DNA of 64,000 nt from Mytilus edulis (lineage: Eukaryota), in NCBI RefSeq assembly GCF_963676685.1, contig NC_092357.1:67518001-67582000 (forward strand), in the 5' to 3' direction. Position 1 is the stretch's first letter; each line of letters starts with the position of its first letter. Below are positions 38,468 through 50,843 of this stretch, in pieces. Under the pieces are notes generated by a model, which was not told the DNA's origin, did not search any database, and saw nothing but the letters and a program-made list of their open reading frames with translations. Both the position numbers and the translations under genes were made by a program.

Positions 38468-40083
38468 TTGTTGCAGCTATATAATCTATATTTCTTGAAT
38501 GCTTATTCTTATTTTGAATTTGGTATTTTTTTTGCAAAAAACGTTATTCTGATAGCAATGATACTACGGTTAGAATTCGATTTTACTAAAGCCCAAGTTG
38601 TCATTGTTGACAATGTTCAAGTCAGGAATATGACAGTTGATGTTCATTCGGTTGATGGGTTTGAGTTTTTGATTATGCCATATGATTATGGACTTCTTGT
38701 TTTGAATTTTCCTCGGAGTTCGTTTTTCTTTACTTTGTACACGAACAGAAGGCAAACAACATGTACAATTCACCTGTATGAGGTCATGTTGTTGACTCGA
38801 CCCTGTAATTTTCATATTCGAATTTGATTGAAGGGACATATATTTAGATCCTTTTGCAAGGGCTGCCATCATTTACCGCATTGCAAATTAGCAAAGTACC
38901 TCAAATCTTTCCATATGTTTTATATTTTGAGGATAAGCAAATCAGGTAAGTATGTGTTCGATTGTAGCATTGCATTGCAGTTGTTGTTAAAGGGAAGGTC
39001 AACCTTCGTGCAGTAAGACCCGTAACGTCCAGGCTGTGAAACTGTTTTGTCAAATGTTCACATTAATTTCACAAGTCAGGAATATGACAGTTCTTGTCCA
39101 TTCGTTTTTTATGCGTTTTGTTATTTGATTTTGCCATGTGATTATGGACTTTCCAAATTGATTTTCCTCTGAGTTCAGTATTTTTGTTATTTTACTTTTT
39201 GTTCTAAAACAGTGTGTTAAATGTCCTTATATACACCATAACCTATGGTGGTGCACCCAATAAAGGAGAGAGATACCGATCATACATCATATGGACAACC
39301 GTAAACTACATGTGTCATACAATTTTGTTATCGGTATCGGATAGGGCCTGGAACTTGTTGTGATATATAAGTGGTGATATTGTTTATGTGGAAACAATTG
39401 GGCCTGACATGGTGTAATTGTAATCAACACCATTGTCCTATATAAGTCATAAATAATTTGAATTATTTGATTCGTCGGTTTTCCGTCATGACGGCTATCA
39501 AATCGGTGCTCGTTATTTAAGTATTATAGATATACTAGTAATAACTTTTCTCAACTTAAATGTTGTTGTTCCAAAACACAGGAAAAAACATATGTTATGC
39601 CTTTATCCTTAGATTTTACTGATGTGTTTCTTTACGAATAGGTTGAGAGGATAGAAGTTGCTGTCATAAATTGTTCCGGGTAACAAAAGATTTTACACTT
39701 GCGTAAAATACGACTCGCGACGGCTTTGTAAGGTGAAGGGAAATAATACTCTACTATCAGTCGTAAATATAGAACTGTACAATGTTATCTTATTAGACTC
39801 ATTCTATTTATTGTTGAAGACGCAAGACTTATTAAAGGGACAATCAAACTCATAAGTCGAAAAAAAACTAACAACCCCATGACAAATGAAAACGAAAAAC
39901 ACCAGCAAACCGGTGATGTTTTCAGATGATGTGGGGTATAAGCTGTTTGTGCTACACATGTGATAACATAATAGATACATTGATTTGTATTTCTGTTACG
40001 TTAAATTATATGAGGTTATACTTCACTTCAGTTGTATATAATAGCTAACAAAGTTGATTCAAATGCACCTGGCTGTATGTCAG

Positions 40084-40480
40084 TGTATAACAAAAAAAAG
40101 GAGTTGCTATAAGTTTAATTAACGCTGAATAAGCCGATGTGTCCCATACAGTAAATACATAAGTATATATACAGAATATAAACAGTGTCAAGTTTTCTAT
40201 TAATTTGACAATAATAGTTTTAATTCTCAAGGTACATGGATAAATATCTATTAAGTTGACTCTAACTGACATGTTTTGACCAACCTGGAAATTGATGTTT
40301 GAAGAATACACGTATGTCCAGTGTTTTAACTAATTATTATTACAACATTTCACCATCTTGTCTCCATGTTATATGCAACGTAGCGGTCAATTAAACAACC
40401 TTTTCCAAAGTCATTATTTTCTTAATAGATATTCCCCTGTATTTATTTTATTCAATATTATAAACATTTTGAGAATATAT
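40084..40480 (-). repeat. 3' LTR (portion shared with the 5' LTR)
   Basis: TGTATAAC terminus on the + strand; aligns with 47299-47709 with many substitutions. It may extend further right. Confidence 0.8.
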
Positions 40481-40775
40481 CAGAGAAGCAGTTCACTGGA
40501 GTCGGGGTTATGAAGACGGTCCGCAGTTGATGGTTGCGCCTTTTTCTAGAACTAAGAAGTTCCGATATTTGATGTTACGAGGAGTGTTATGATTAAACTT
40601 TAACAACTTAGTTATTCACGCAAGACTTGTATGAACTATTCATTGCTGAACATTTAGATGTTGTTGAACTTTTGAAATGATTTTGTTTATGAATATTGTT
40701 TTTTTTTTTGGAAGGGGGATTTGCAAGCATTCATTTTGTCACCAATTTCAACTAAAATATAAATTATATTCTTGA

Positions 40776-41458
40776 AGGGGCACTAGCTGTCAAATTCATG
40801 GTCACCGATGTGACTCAAATTTTCATATTTGATTTATAACAATGTAAAACATTTATCCAAACTATCAAAAGTCTAAAATAAACAGTTTACAAAGCATGGG
40901 ATAGATAATATATAGGTTCGTTTCGTGTGTATTTTAGTCCAGACGCCATCTAAGTAACTATCGATTTGACCTCAGATGACCATATAAGCGATGTAAATAT
41001 AAATAAAGATATGAATAGATTAAACCAACACGTGCACTTGGAGTTTATAGGTCTGTTTGATTTTATTTTATAGATTAAAAATAGATGTTTCTCATTGCTT
41101 TTAATCGTATAAGAATGATTTTATGTGCATCGAATTAGTAATCAAATGATTTACCGTAGTTTCACTTTCATTGTTGACATTCTTTTTCTTTAAATAACCA
41201 GTACACGTACAATGCATGCGTTGTCAATCGCTAGCTAGGGGTTAAATTGAAGTTCAAATGAATACGGATTTGAAGAGGTCGACTCATTCACTTGCAAGTG
41301 AAAAACTAATTATCAATGTTTTTTAGCGTAATTTGACAAAATTGAACCTTTTTGACTGCAAAAAGCGAATTGTTATTTCACTATTTCACTGTCATTATTG
41401 ATTGAACAAAAACAAATCAAACTTTAGATTTTTTATATATCTCTTAGCTAGTGCCCCT
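40776..41458 (+). mobile_element. Complete 683-bp non-autonomous Kolobok-like transposon
   Basis: TTGA|AGGGGCACTAGCT...AGCTAGTGCCCCT|TTAA: 13-bp terminal inverted repeats and a mutated TTAA duplication. Confidence 0.8.
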
Positions 41459-41640
41459 TTAAGAAAGGAAGGAATGTGACAATATGATGGACTTAAAAAA
41501 ATATATATATTTATATATATAAACCTCTAAAAAAGTTATAACGTGAATTAGTACTTTAAAAGATGCCGTCAGTATGATATTGTTCTATTTTATGTCATTA
41601 TGATATATTTCTATTATGAATTATAATATAAGTTGGACCA

Positions 41641-42098
41641 CAAACGTCAAAATCATTCAATCGCTTAGTGGAATTTACTATTTGGGGTTTCTTATAAATT
41701 CTATATATAACTTTTGGACTGGTTTAAATCTCGGTCTATTCTGAAATTTATTCTTACATACGTTTGACTTTTTAACACTGTATGCTAACATTACCTAGGT
41801 AAATTTTAAAATTGTTTGTATGCACATTGAACGACAAATCTATGTGACGTATAAAATTTTCTGACGTCAGACACAAATCAATAAATGTGTTTGTAGATAG
41901 ATGTTTTTGTGTTCTGTTAAATTGTTCCTTCGAAAATTGTTATACTATGATGACTGATGTACCCATATTTTGACTTTTTTATTTATTGTATCTGTTTAGT
42001 TAACGCATCAATGTAAATATTACGGAATTTGATGAAATTGTCATCAAAGTGAGAGGTTTAGCGCTATAGAACCAGGTTTAATCCATCATTTTCTACAT
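41641..42098 (+). repeat. Repeat family B copy nested in the Gypsy element
   Basis: Paralog of 31990-32331, continuing into GAGAGGTTTAGCGCTATAGAACCAGGTTTAATCC. Confidence 0.8.
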
Positions 42099-45000
42099 TG
42101 TCAATATCGTTTCATACTCTTGTCTACATCCTTGACATTGCCGCTATCGCTAACACATTACTCGTTTTTACATTGCTAATTTTGAATACAACTATTACTA
42201 TGTTTGTTAGTCGAGCATTTTATTTAGATAACAAGAAATGTTTGAGAGAAAACTTAACATTAATTCGTCTTTCTTTTCAGACTTTTTATCACTTCGTTTA
42301 GTTTTCTTTGGTATTCTAATTTTATCAACAGACAATTTTTTGACTGTTTTCTAAATTATACCCATCAAAACTCTTATTATCTGACATTCCATAACCGGAA
42401 CCGGAAGTAACGGAAGATATTTCTTCCTCGTTTTCACGTCGGTTTCTATTTGCTATTTTTTGTTTTAATTCAGCGAGCGGAAATATTATCCTCGTTGGAA
42501 GATGATTCTCGTTCTTTTCGGTAACAATTTATGAGTCTTTCTAGAGGATTACCGTCCGGAAGTATCTCTACCGTCAGTGTCCTCGGGAGGTACAACATAA
42601 TTTGCTTTCCTTAATTGCCTACCTTATAGATTTGTTGGAATAACCCATTCATCAATCTTAGCTTTTTTACGCTGTTCTAAATGGACTTTCTTAGCGACAG
42701 ACCCATCAATTGGTTTTTGAGGATAAAAGTTACCGGAGAAGTTTTCTCAATTATTCTGTAATAAGGTTTCCACCAAGGGTCTAATTTAATTTTTCTTAAA
42801 TGATTTTTGTAATATACACATGATACAGGATCACCAATTTCTAAATTTATTTCTTGTCTATTTTTATCTGCGTTTTGTTTTTGTTTTTCTTGTCACTTAT
42901 ATCTACTTCAATTGCTTCATTTTGGTTTTGATTGCCTTTTTGACCCGGAGGTCTTCTTGAAAGATAGTAAGCAATAGTATTATCAGTGGCCGCAAGCCAT
43001 TCAATCTTGCAATTATAACTTGCAATACCTAAAGCCCAAAGCTGTAATTTTTTGTTACATTGTGGCAAAAGCAATAAGTACTTCAAAGGTTTGAGGTCAG
43101 TTCTAACCATAAATTCAGCCCCATGAAGATAATGATATAATTTCTGTAATACATAATGTATGCTAAATGCTTCTTTTTCAGTAGTAGACCACATAGACGG
43201 TAAATGACTTTCTTCTTCCTCTCAAGGTTGCGTAAGACATGCACCTATGGTATCATTAGACGCGTCAGTATATAAAACATAAGGTTTCTTGGTATGGTAA
43301 AAAGGAGTCATAGTTAAACTATATTTCAAAAAATTAAAAGCTCTATGACATTCTTCATCCCATTGAAATTTAGCATACTTTTTTGTTAGAGCAACTAAAG
43401 GTATAGCAATCTTTGAAAAGTTGGGAATAAATCGTCTATAGTATGAAGACGCCCCAATAAAACTTCTTACTTACTTAACAGTAACAAGGTTTGGTAACGT
43501 TTTTATTGCTTCGACCTTGTCATCGTCCGGTTTTACACCGTCGATATTGATGTTAAATCCTAAATAATTAGTTCTTTCCTGCAAAAATTTACATTTCTTC
43601 AATTTCAATTTCAAATTATGTTGTCTTAATCTGTCAAATACTTGCAGAATATGATCAAAATTGTTTTCTAAAGTTGCAGAATATGATCAAAATGTTCTTT
43701 TAAAGTTTCAGAAAATATCAAAATATCATCTTTATATGAGATAGCAAAATTTAGATCTTGTAAAATTATTTCCATCAATTGACTAAATACACCAGGACTA
43801 TTTTGTAATCCGAATGACATAACATAAAATTCAAAAAGTCTCCGATGACAAACGAATGCTGTTTTTGATTTATCTTCTTCTGCCATCTTAATTTGCCAAA
43901 ATCCTGATCGAAGATCGATAAGTGAGTAGAACTTTGCAGCCCCTAAAAGTGTCAATATATCGACGATAACCGGAAGTGGATATCGGATCGATACTGTAGA
44001 AATTTTAAATGTCTGAAATCTATGCAGAAACATGTGGTTTTATTCTTTTTATCAACTAATACAACTGGTGAGGAATAATTACTGTTATAATGTTTGCTTC
44101 TAACATGTCAGTTATTGCTTCATTGACTATTTCCCTTTTATGTCATAGAGTTCGATAAGGTTTCAATTTAACCGGGGAATTATCACCCGTATCGATTCTC
44201 ATTTTCACAGTGTCGGTTTGACCTAATTCAGTATCCTTAAAAGCAATAACATCTCTATCATTATTCAACATTTGTAACACCCTACCCTTATGAACATCAG
44301 GAACATTTAGATCAGTTTCAAAAACATTCTCAATTTCAGAGTTTTCTTGAGTAGATTCAAGTGAGACAACATTTTCTTCTTAAACTGGAGAAGCCCTTCC
44401 TATTGCTATGCCTCTTCTAAACTTCTAAAGTTCTATTCATAGTTTTAACTATAAGAACTGGCATTTAAACGTTTTTCATTAATGTTTGCAACCGAATTAG
44501 CAACCATTAAACCTAGTTGAGAACTCAAATGCCCTTGAATAATTGGTGAAATTTCAAAAGATTTAGAACTTGAAAAGGTATAATTTTTATTACCTTTTAC
44601 ATAACAGATATTACTAGTCTCAGATTTGAAGACAGTGGTACGAGCAAGTCTAACACTTGAAGCTATATGAATATCTTCTACTAATGGTACATAAGATTTA
44701 TTTACTCTTTAACATCCCAAATCGAAATAAACTCTAACACCAAATGATTAACCAATCACGACCCAAAATTGCATTTCTGTTCGTGTCAGATACTACATAA
44801 AAGGTATGATTCATTTTGTTTCCTTTCGTGTTGAAGTCTAAATTTATACTTTCTTAAACATTTAATGAAGAACTATTAATTCCTTTTAGATTGATTTTCT
44901 TTTTTCCTAATTTTGGTAATTCCTTAATTGAATTGTAAATTTTATTATGCAATAAAGATATTGAAGCTCCACTGTCAATTAAACTCCTAACTTTCATATG

Positions 45001-45939
45001 TGCAATTTTAAACAAACAAGAATTAGGATTTCCCGCTAAATTAATTTCAAATGTTTCTAATTGATCAGTTTCAATATTTCTATTTTGTACATTTGAATTT
45101 CGAGCTCTTACTTTTTTAATTCCGTTGGATTTTGATTTTCGCGCCTTTTGTACTTCGTTTACTTCCGGGTTTGAAAAAAAAATCGCGCCATTTTTTCTTT
45201 GTTCACTTCCGGTTTTGAATTACGATTGTTAGATCTTTTATAATAATTTTTATTCCAGTGATAGTTAGAATTGTTAGAACATGCGATGTTAAAGTCTGTC
45301 GATTTGTTATTTAATTTTTTTAATCATGATTCATATATATTGTATACAGGTTTTGTGTTTCCATAAATAAATTTTCTCTCAAACATCTTATTTCCCCTAA
45401 TTCTCTTAAAAGTCTCCCTATTGGCTTCAGCATAAAGAGACCGTCTTAGTTTAGATTTTCCGTTGGTTTACCAAATTGTTCATTTAATTTTGCTCTACAA
45501 TTCTTTGATAATGACCTTGTTTACCACGGTTCTAACAGAAGAATGATCCTCTGGTTTGTCCTCTTAAGTTAGGCTTGTTTAGTACATAATTAGACCTTCT
45601 AGGATATGTTTTTGCATTATTACGTATCATGTTGTCAGTAAATTCCTTCGGGGTACATGTCATTCGGCACGCGAACTTACTGTGTTTACATGAAATTTTG
45701 CTTTATTATCCCTACAATATTTTGCCTTATGGCCAAATCGGTTACAATTGTTACATTTTACACCTATTTCTCGGTAATGTGCTATGTCCATTGGTGTTAT
45801 ATTACGCTCATTACCGTTATCTTTTTTCAAGTCAAATTTTCTTCTTAATTGCGTTTCATCCATTGCCGAGTTTACTGCTTGAGCCAAAGATTGTGGATTT
45901 TCACGCATTATTTTCATTCTCAAATAATCTTGATACAAG

Positions 45940-46560
45940 TAAAATTGAAAATGGAAATGGGGAATGTGCCAAAGAGACAACAACCCGACCATAGAAAAAA
46001 CAACAGCAGAAGGTCACCAACAGGTTTTCAATGTAGCGAGAAATTCCCGCACCCGGAGGCGACCTTCAGCTGGCCCCTAAACAAATTTATACTAGTTCAG
46101 TGATAATGAACGCCATACTAATTTCCAAATTGTACACAAGAAACTTAAAAATAAAATAATACATGACTAACAAAGGCCAGAGGCTCCTGACTTGGGACAG
46201 GCGCAAAAATGCGGCAGGGTTAAACATGTTTGTGAGATCTCAACCCTCCCCCTATACCTCTAGCCAATGTAGAAAAGTAAACGCATAACAATACGCACAT
46301 TAAAATTCAGTTCAAGAGAAGTCCGAGTCTGATGTCAGAAGATGTAACCAAAGAAAATAATAAAATGACAATAATACATAAATTACAACAGACTACTAGC
46401 AGTTAACTGACATGCCAGCTCCAGACGTCATTTAAACTGACTGAAAGATTATGATTTCATCATATGAACATCAGGCACAATCCTTCCCGTTAGGGGTTTA
46501 GTATCATACCATCATAAAATATATGAGAAGAACATAACCCGTGTCATGATAACAACTGGT
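45940..46560 (-). mobile_element. Repeat family A (PLE 3' region) inserted in gag
   Basis: Reverse complement of 55500-56119 and 690-858. It interrupts gag between ...INQPIV*LQLFN and LYQDYLRMKIMRENP. Confidence 0.85.
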
Positions 46561-46580
46561 AACAGGAATAAATTTTGTAT

Positions 46581-46630
46581 ATACGCCAGACACACGTTTC
46601 GTCTTCAAAAGACTCATCAGGGACGCTCGA
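46581..46630 (-). ncRNA. Type I hammerhead ribozyme in a retrozyme fragment (46561-46716)
   Basis: Minus strand reads GAGCGTCC-CTGATGA-GTCTT-TTG-AAGAC-GAAA-CGTGTG-TC^TGGCGT. The core is intact and stem II has 5 bp. The first pair of stem I is a C.U mismatch. Confidence 0.8.
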
Positions 46631-47279
46631 ATCCAAAAAAGTTAAAAAGGCCAAATAAAGTACGAAGTTGAAGAGCATTGAGGACCAAAATTCCTAAAAG
46701 TTTTGCCAATTACAGGTGTTTATTGAAAAGTTGAAGTTAAACAATTGGTTGATTGATATCTTGCCCTCTAGAAGCGTCTGTTGCTAAAATTAAAATTCGT
46801 TCTCAAAATATGGGAACATTTTCGCCAATTTTCTGATTAACCTTATGCAAAAGTTCAAATGCATATGATGCATCAGGAATATGCCCATAGCGAAAATTCA
46901 AATGAGTTTTTAGATTATCCCACGTGTTATTTCCCACATCTGTTTCTCTTAACCACCTAGTAATGAAATCTCTAACTGGCCCTACAGATGTTTGGTAACA
47001 TACCATTTTACAATCGTTCGGATTCAAATTGGTAATCATTGCATATTTTTCTATGGATCGAATCCATTGAGAATATTTTTTCTAAATTTGAACCATGAAA
47101 GCCTTCAACTACCGAATTGACACCGTTTGCAGTTAATTTTTGAGTAAGACTTTGAACTTGTGTTGTTAAATTTTGAAAAACAAACCCTATTTTAAATTCT
47201 TGTTCAGCCATTTTTCCGAATATAATAATTCAGATTATCAAATAAAATATCACACGTACCTTAAAATACTTCAGAATTC

Positions 47280-47298
47280 GTCCTGGCACGGTACACCA
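47280..47298 (-). promoter_or_regulatory. Primer-binding site, tRNA-Arg-like
   Basis: TGGTGTACCGTGCCAGGAC directly follows the 5' LTR and resembles the Arg-type PBS TGGCGACCGTG(A/C)CAGGAC. Confidence 0.6.
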
Positions 47299-47709
47299 AA
47301 AAAACAAAACAAAGTAGTTGCTATAATTTTAATTAACGCTGAATAAGCCGATGTGTCACATACAGTACATACATACGTATATATACAGAATATAAACAGT
47401 GTCAAGGTTTCTATTAATTTGACAATAATAGTTTCTAATTCTAAAGGTACATGGATGAATATTTATTAAGTTGACTCTAATTGACATGTTTTGACCAACC
47501 TTGAAATTGATGTTTGAAGAATACACGTTTGTCCAGTGTTTTAACTAATTGTTATTACAACATTTCATCAACTGGTCTGCATGTAAACATAGTATATGCA
47601 ACGTAGCGGTCAATTAAACAACCTTTTCTAAGGTCATGATTTTCTAAATAGATATTCCCCTGTATTTACATGTATCTTATTCAATTTAATAAACATTTTG
47701 AGAATATAT
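47299..47709 (-). repeat. 5' LTR, probably truncated
   Basis: Aligns with 40090-40480 and lies next to the PBS. Confidence 0.8.
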
Positions 47710-50390
47710 AATCATAAATATATATATATTTCTATTCAATATCATGAGCTTCAGATATTCATTCTTACAATATTGTCGTAAAAGACGTCTTTTTCATTTA
47801 AATTTAATAAAAAAAAACATCCAAATCAAAAATTTGAAAAAATAGTTCCATGTGCATAATTTCAGCTCATCTTCGTGTGAGTAATTGCCACAACATATCG
47901 TCGTCGTGAACTCTATAAACACCTGTTTGTCTAAAACCACAAGACCAAGTAAACAAAATGAATTGATCACAATTGTCTACAAATGGAAATTCCTGTGCCA
48001 ACTCAATAATATGACAGTTGTTTTCCATTCGTTTGATGTGTTTGAGCCTTTGATGACGGACTTTCCGTTTTGTATTTTCCTTGGAGTTCGGTATTTCTTT
48101 TTAATTATAATTTTGAAGTATCCGTAGGTATTTAGAATCAAGTGATTTTTTTTGTTATGCCAATAAACCACCATAGCCGACATGGCTAGAAATTCAAGCA
48201 ATTATCTAGTGTTTCAAAAACCACAATAAATATAGAAAGTAACACATTAGTGGACAACTCCTTACCGGAATAATTATAAAGTTAAGAACAGTGTTTGATT
48301 AAATTAAAGTTAAAATACACATCATTATGGCATTTTCACAAGATGAGCGTTTCAAGTTCTAGGATACCTATAGTTTTAAATCCAACCATTTGGAAACTTA
48401 GCAGATGTGCGTTGAAAGTCCTGGAACCACCATGTAGAAGCAGAGAAGTTTGGTTCGAAAAGGGTTACAATTGGTCCTTACATTTGATGCTTTTTATTGA
48501 GGTTTTAATTTTTACTTGGATGGTTATCTTAAGCTGTCATGTTCAATTTCAACTTCAATTTCTAAACAAATAAAATAATATTAATGTATTTTTTTCTCAA
48601 TTGAATTGTTTCATATCTTACATGTCGCAGCTTTTTATAACTCACCATACGGTATCTGTTTTTCTTATTGTTGAAGGTCGTGCGGTTGCCTTTAATTTCT
48701 TCATTCACTTTATTTGAACTTTTGTTGAAAGTTATGTCATTGGCAATCATACCACATCTCCTTTTTCATCTAAATTATCACTGCACTGAAAGTTAAGTTC
48801 ATTCAAATATAACCTAAACATAATTATATTCTATAACCAATATAATCTTAATTTCCCAGAAATTCAATTTAATATTTTGTTCCAAATAAAAAAAATATTT
48901 TAATCATTGTACTTTAGTATTTGCCATTTCAAAACGTCAATTATTGTCCGAGACAAGAGACCACATAACAACTTCTAAATAAGTGTGTTATGGTATATCT
49001 TTCTTTCTGGCAGAATATAGATATATTAGTGTGGTTTAACGTCATCTAATGAAGAAGGGTATTATGTGCAGACATTGGAGGATACTTCTATATTTGAACT
49101 AGAAAAGCATTGTGTAAGTTGTACAGAAAAAGTTTATGTTTATAGTTAACAGCAGTGACGTTTAATTTGTTATATATCGTTTATTCTTTCCCATTTTCAG
49201 GGAACGACTGATTGATTGATTAGAGATTGCTTAAAATCGTTTCATAGATTCGTTTAATATGATTATATAGAAAGACAGCAGTGCTTACGACCTTTTCTTT
49301 TTCACCTAAAAGTTTAATGACTTTACCATACTTGAAACGAGTGTACTACGTTTTATGCTATTGATATAGACGAATGAGCCGTCTATATGTCTTTTTGTTA
49401 ACTTGGTAGTGGGATTGCTGTCACATTGGTGTAAATTTGTGTCTCCTTTTGTTCATCTATTACAGAGCTTCCGCTCGAGGTTCATTTCGCATGTAACGAA
49501 AAAAATATAATTGTGGCGATTAGAAATCATGATTGGCTAAAGAATTTGGCGAATGAAATTTAATATTTGTCCATCGTTTAAATTTTGTTTCACGTTTCTC
49601 GGACTTTTTTTCTGATTAAATAGTAGTTGGATTTCACCTTGAACTTATATCTAAATATAAATTTAGTTTTAAATTCAAATTCAAATTCAAAATGAAAGAA
49701 AATAGAATATTTTGAAGTGCAATTTGATTGTATTGAACTAAGTTACATTAAGAACGATTTGTTCATAAAAAAAGACAAACAATAAATGTTGACAGTTACT
49801 TTTCTTAAATAAGAAAACAAAGAACTGATATCAAATTCAAAAATATCAAAATGAATCGAACAAGGGTATTCCCAAAATGTTATTTACTTGTGTTTTATAA
49901 AGACCTTTATTTAATAATATTCCATTTTCACCTATAAATCAATCTGAAATAGAAAGCAGTCGAATAATATTTCATGAAATTTGATATCAAATTGAATTTT
50001 CTCTCCTTTACATCCTGCTCTTTATCTACATGTCGAATTTATACAATAAAGTTATACATCTCCAATTCGTGAGAAAACTTTTTAACATAAAGTGAAATAG
50101 ACGTTATGTGGTATAAACGCGGCAATTTTGAGCAAAAGTTTATGAAATGCCTAATATATGATTTCAACATTCTTAAATTAATTTTGTCATTTTGCATGAT
50201 TATCTTTGGGGATTTAGATCTGTGTATGGAATGTCATATTTTAGCACGTCTAGAGTTCATGACATAATCAGACAAGGAACAACAAAACCCCGTATACTCT
50301 GCTTTAACTACTTCTAAGACGATCTTACTAACTACATTTATATACAAATGTCAGTATCACAGAAATCTGACCAATCAAAGCAAATTTATC

Positions 50391-50843
50391 TTACAATTCA
50401 TCTTCAACAGCTTTCACCTCCTCTAGGGAAATAGTTTTGGCAAGAATTTGGTTAAGTTGATCTGTATGCAGCCTGGTTGGTATGTTATGAATATCAAATC
50501 GTTTTAGTAATTCACGTATAATGTTAGATAATTCGGCAAAGCGTTTATTATCGAGCATAGGTAACCTGGAGTGTTGTAGTTCATTTCTAGTCAGTCTTAT
50601 GCGCTCAATATCATCTCCAACAGCTATGTCTGTAGACTTAATTCTTTGCCATTGGCCTCCCCATCCATTACTTGGAGTATGCTTATTATTTTTTCTATGC
50701 TCACTGTACAAATATGTTATATCACAATCTTTCCTAGGACGAATATTTGGTTTATCTTGTTTCAATAAATCATATAAAACATCAGTAAGATTATTCAGCA
50801 CAATCATCCCCATTTTTGCAAAGTTGATCCTCTCATTATTGAA
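50391..50843 (-). CDS. DZIP3-like HEPN domain exon
   Basis: ttattttcag|TTC. Contains ERINFAKM, DCDITYLY, PSNGWG and GDDIERIRLTRNELQH, with R-x4-H at 50571-50588. Confidence 0.85.
   Translation of the reverse strand, partial: FNNERINFAKMGMIVLNNLTDVLYDLLKQDKPNIRPRKDCDITYLYSEHRKNNKHTPSNGWGGQWQRIKSTDIAVGDDIERIRLTRNELQHSRLPMLDNKRFAELSNIIRELLKRFDIHNIPTRLHTDQLNQILAKTISLEEVKAVEDEL

Larger units (their letters stand above)
40084..47709 (-). mobile_element. Decayed Gypsy/Ty3 LTR retrotransposon with nested insertions
   Basis: Direct repeats at 40084-40480 and 47299-47709. gag starts at ATG 47211 and has the knuckle CNNCNRFGHKAKYC. Protease IDSGA at 44968-44976; RT DLRSGFWQI, SFGLQNSP and YKDD (43725-43736); RNase H LYTDAS and TEKEA. 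The integrase core is missing and only its C-terminus remains near 42660-42840. Confidence 0.9.

Noticed and set aside
45629-46103. ORFs containing ENGNGECAKETTTRP-like peptides (also the tail of 56063-56362)
   Set aside because: These are translations of the family A repeat terminus or the antisense of gag.
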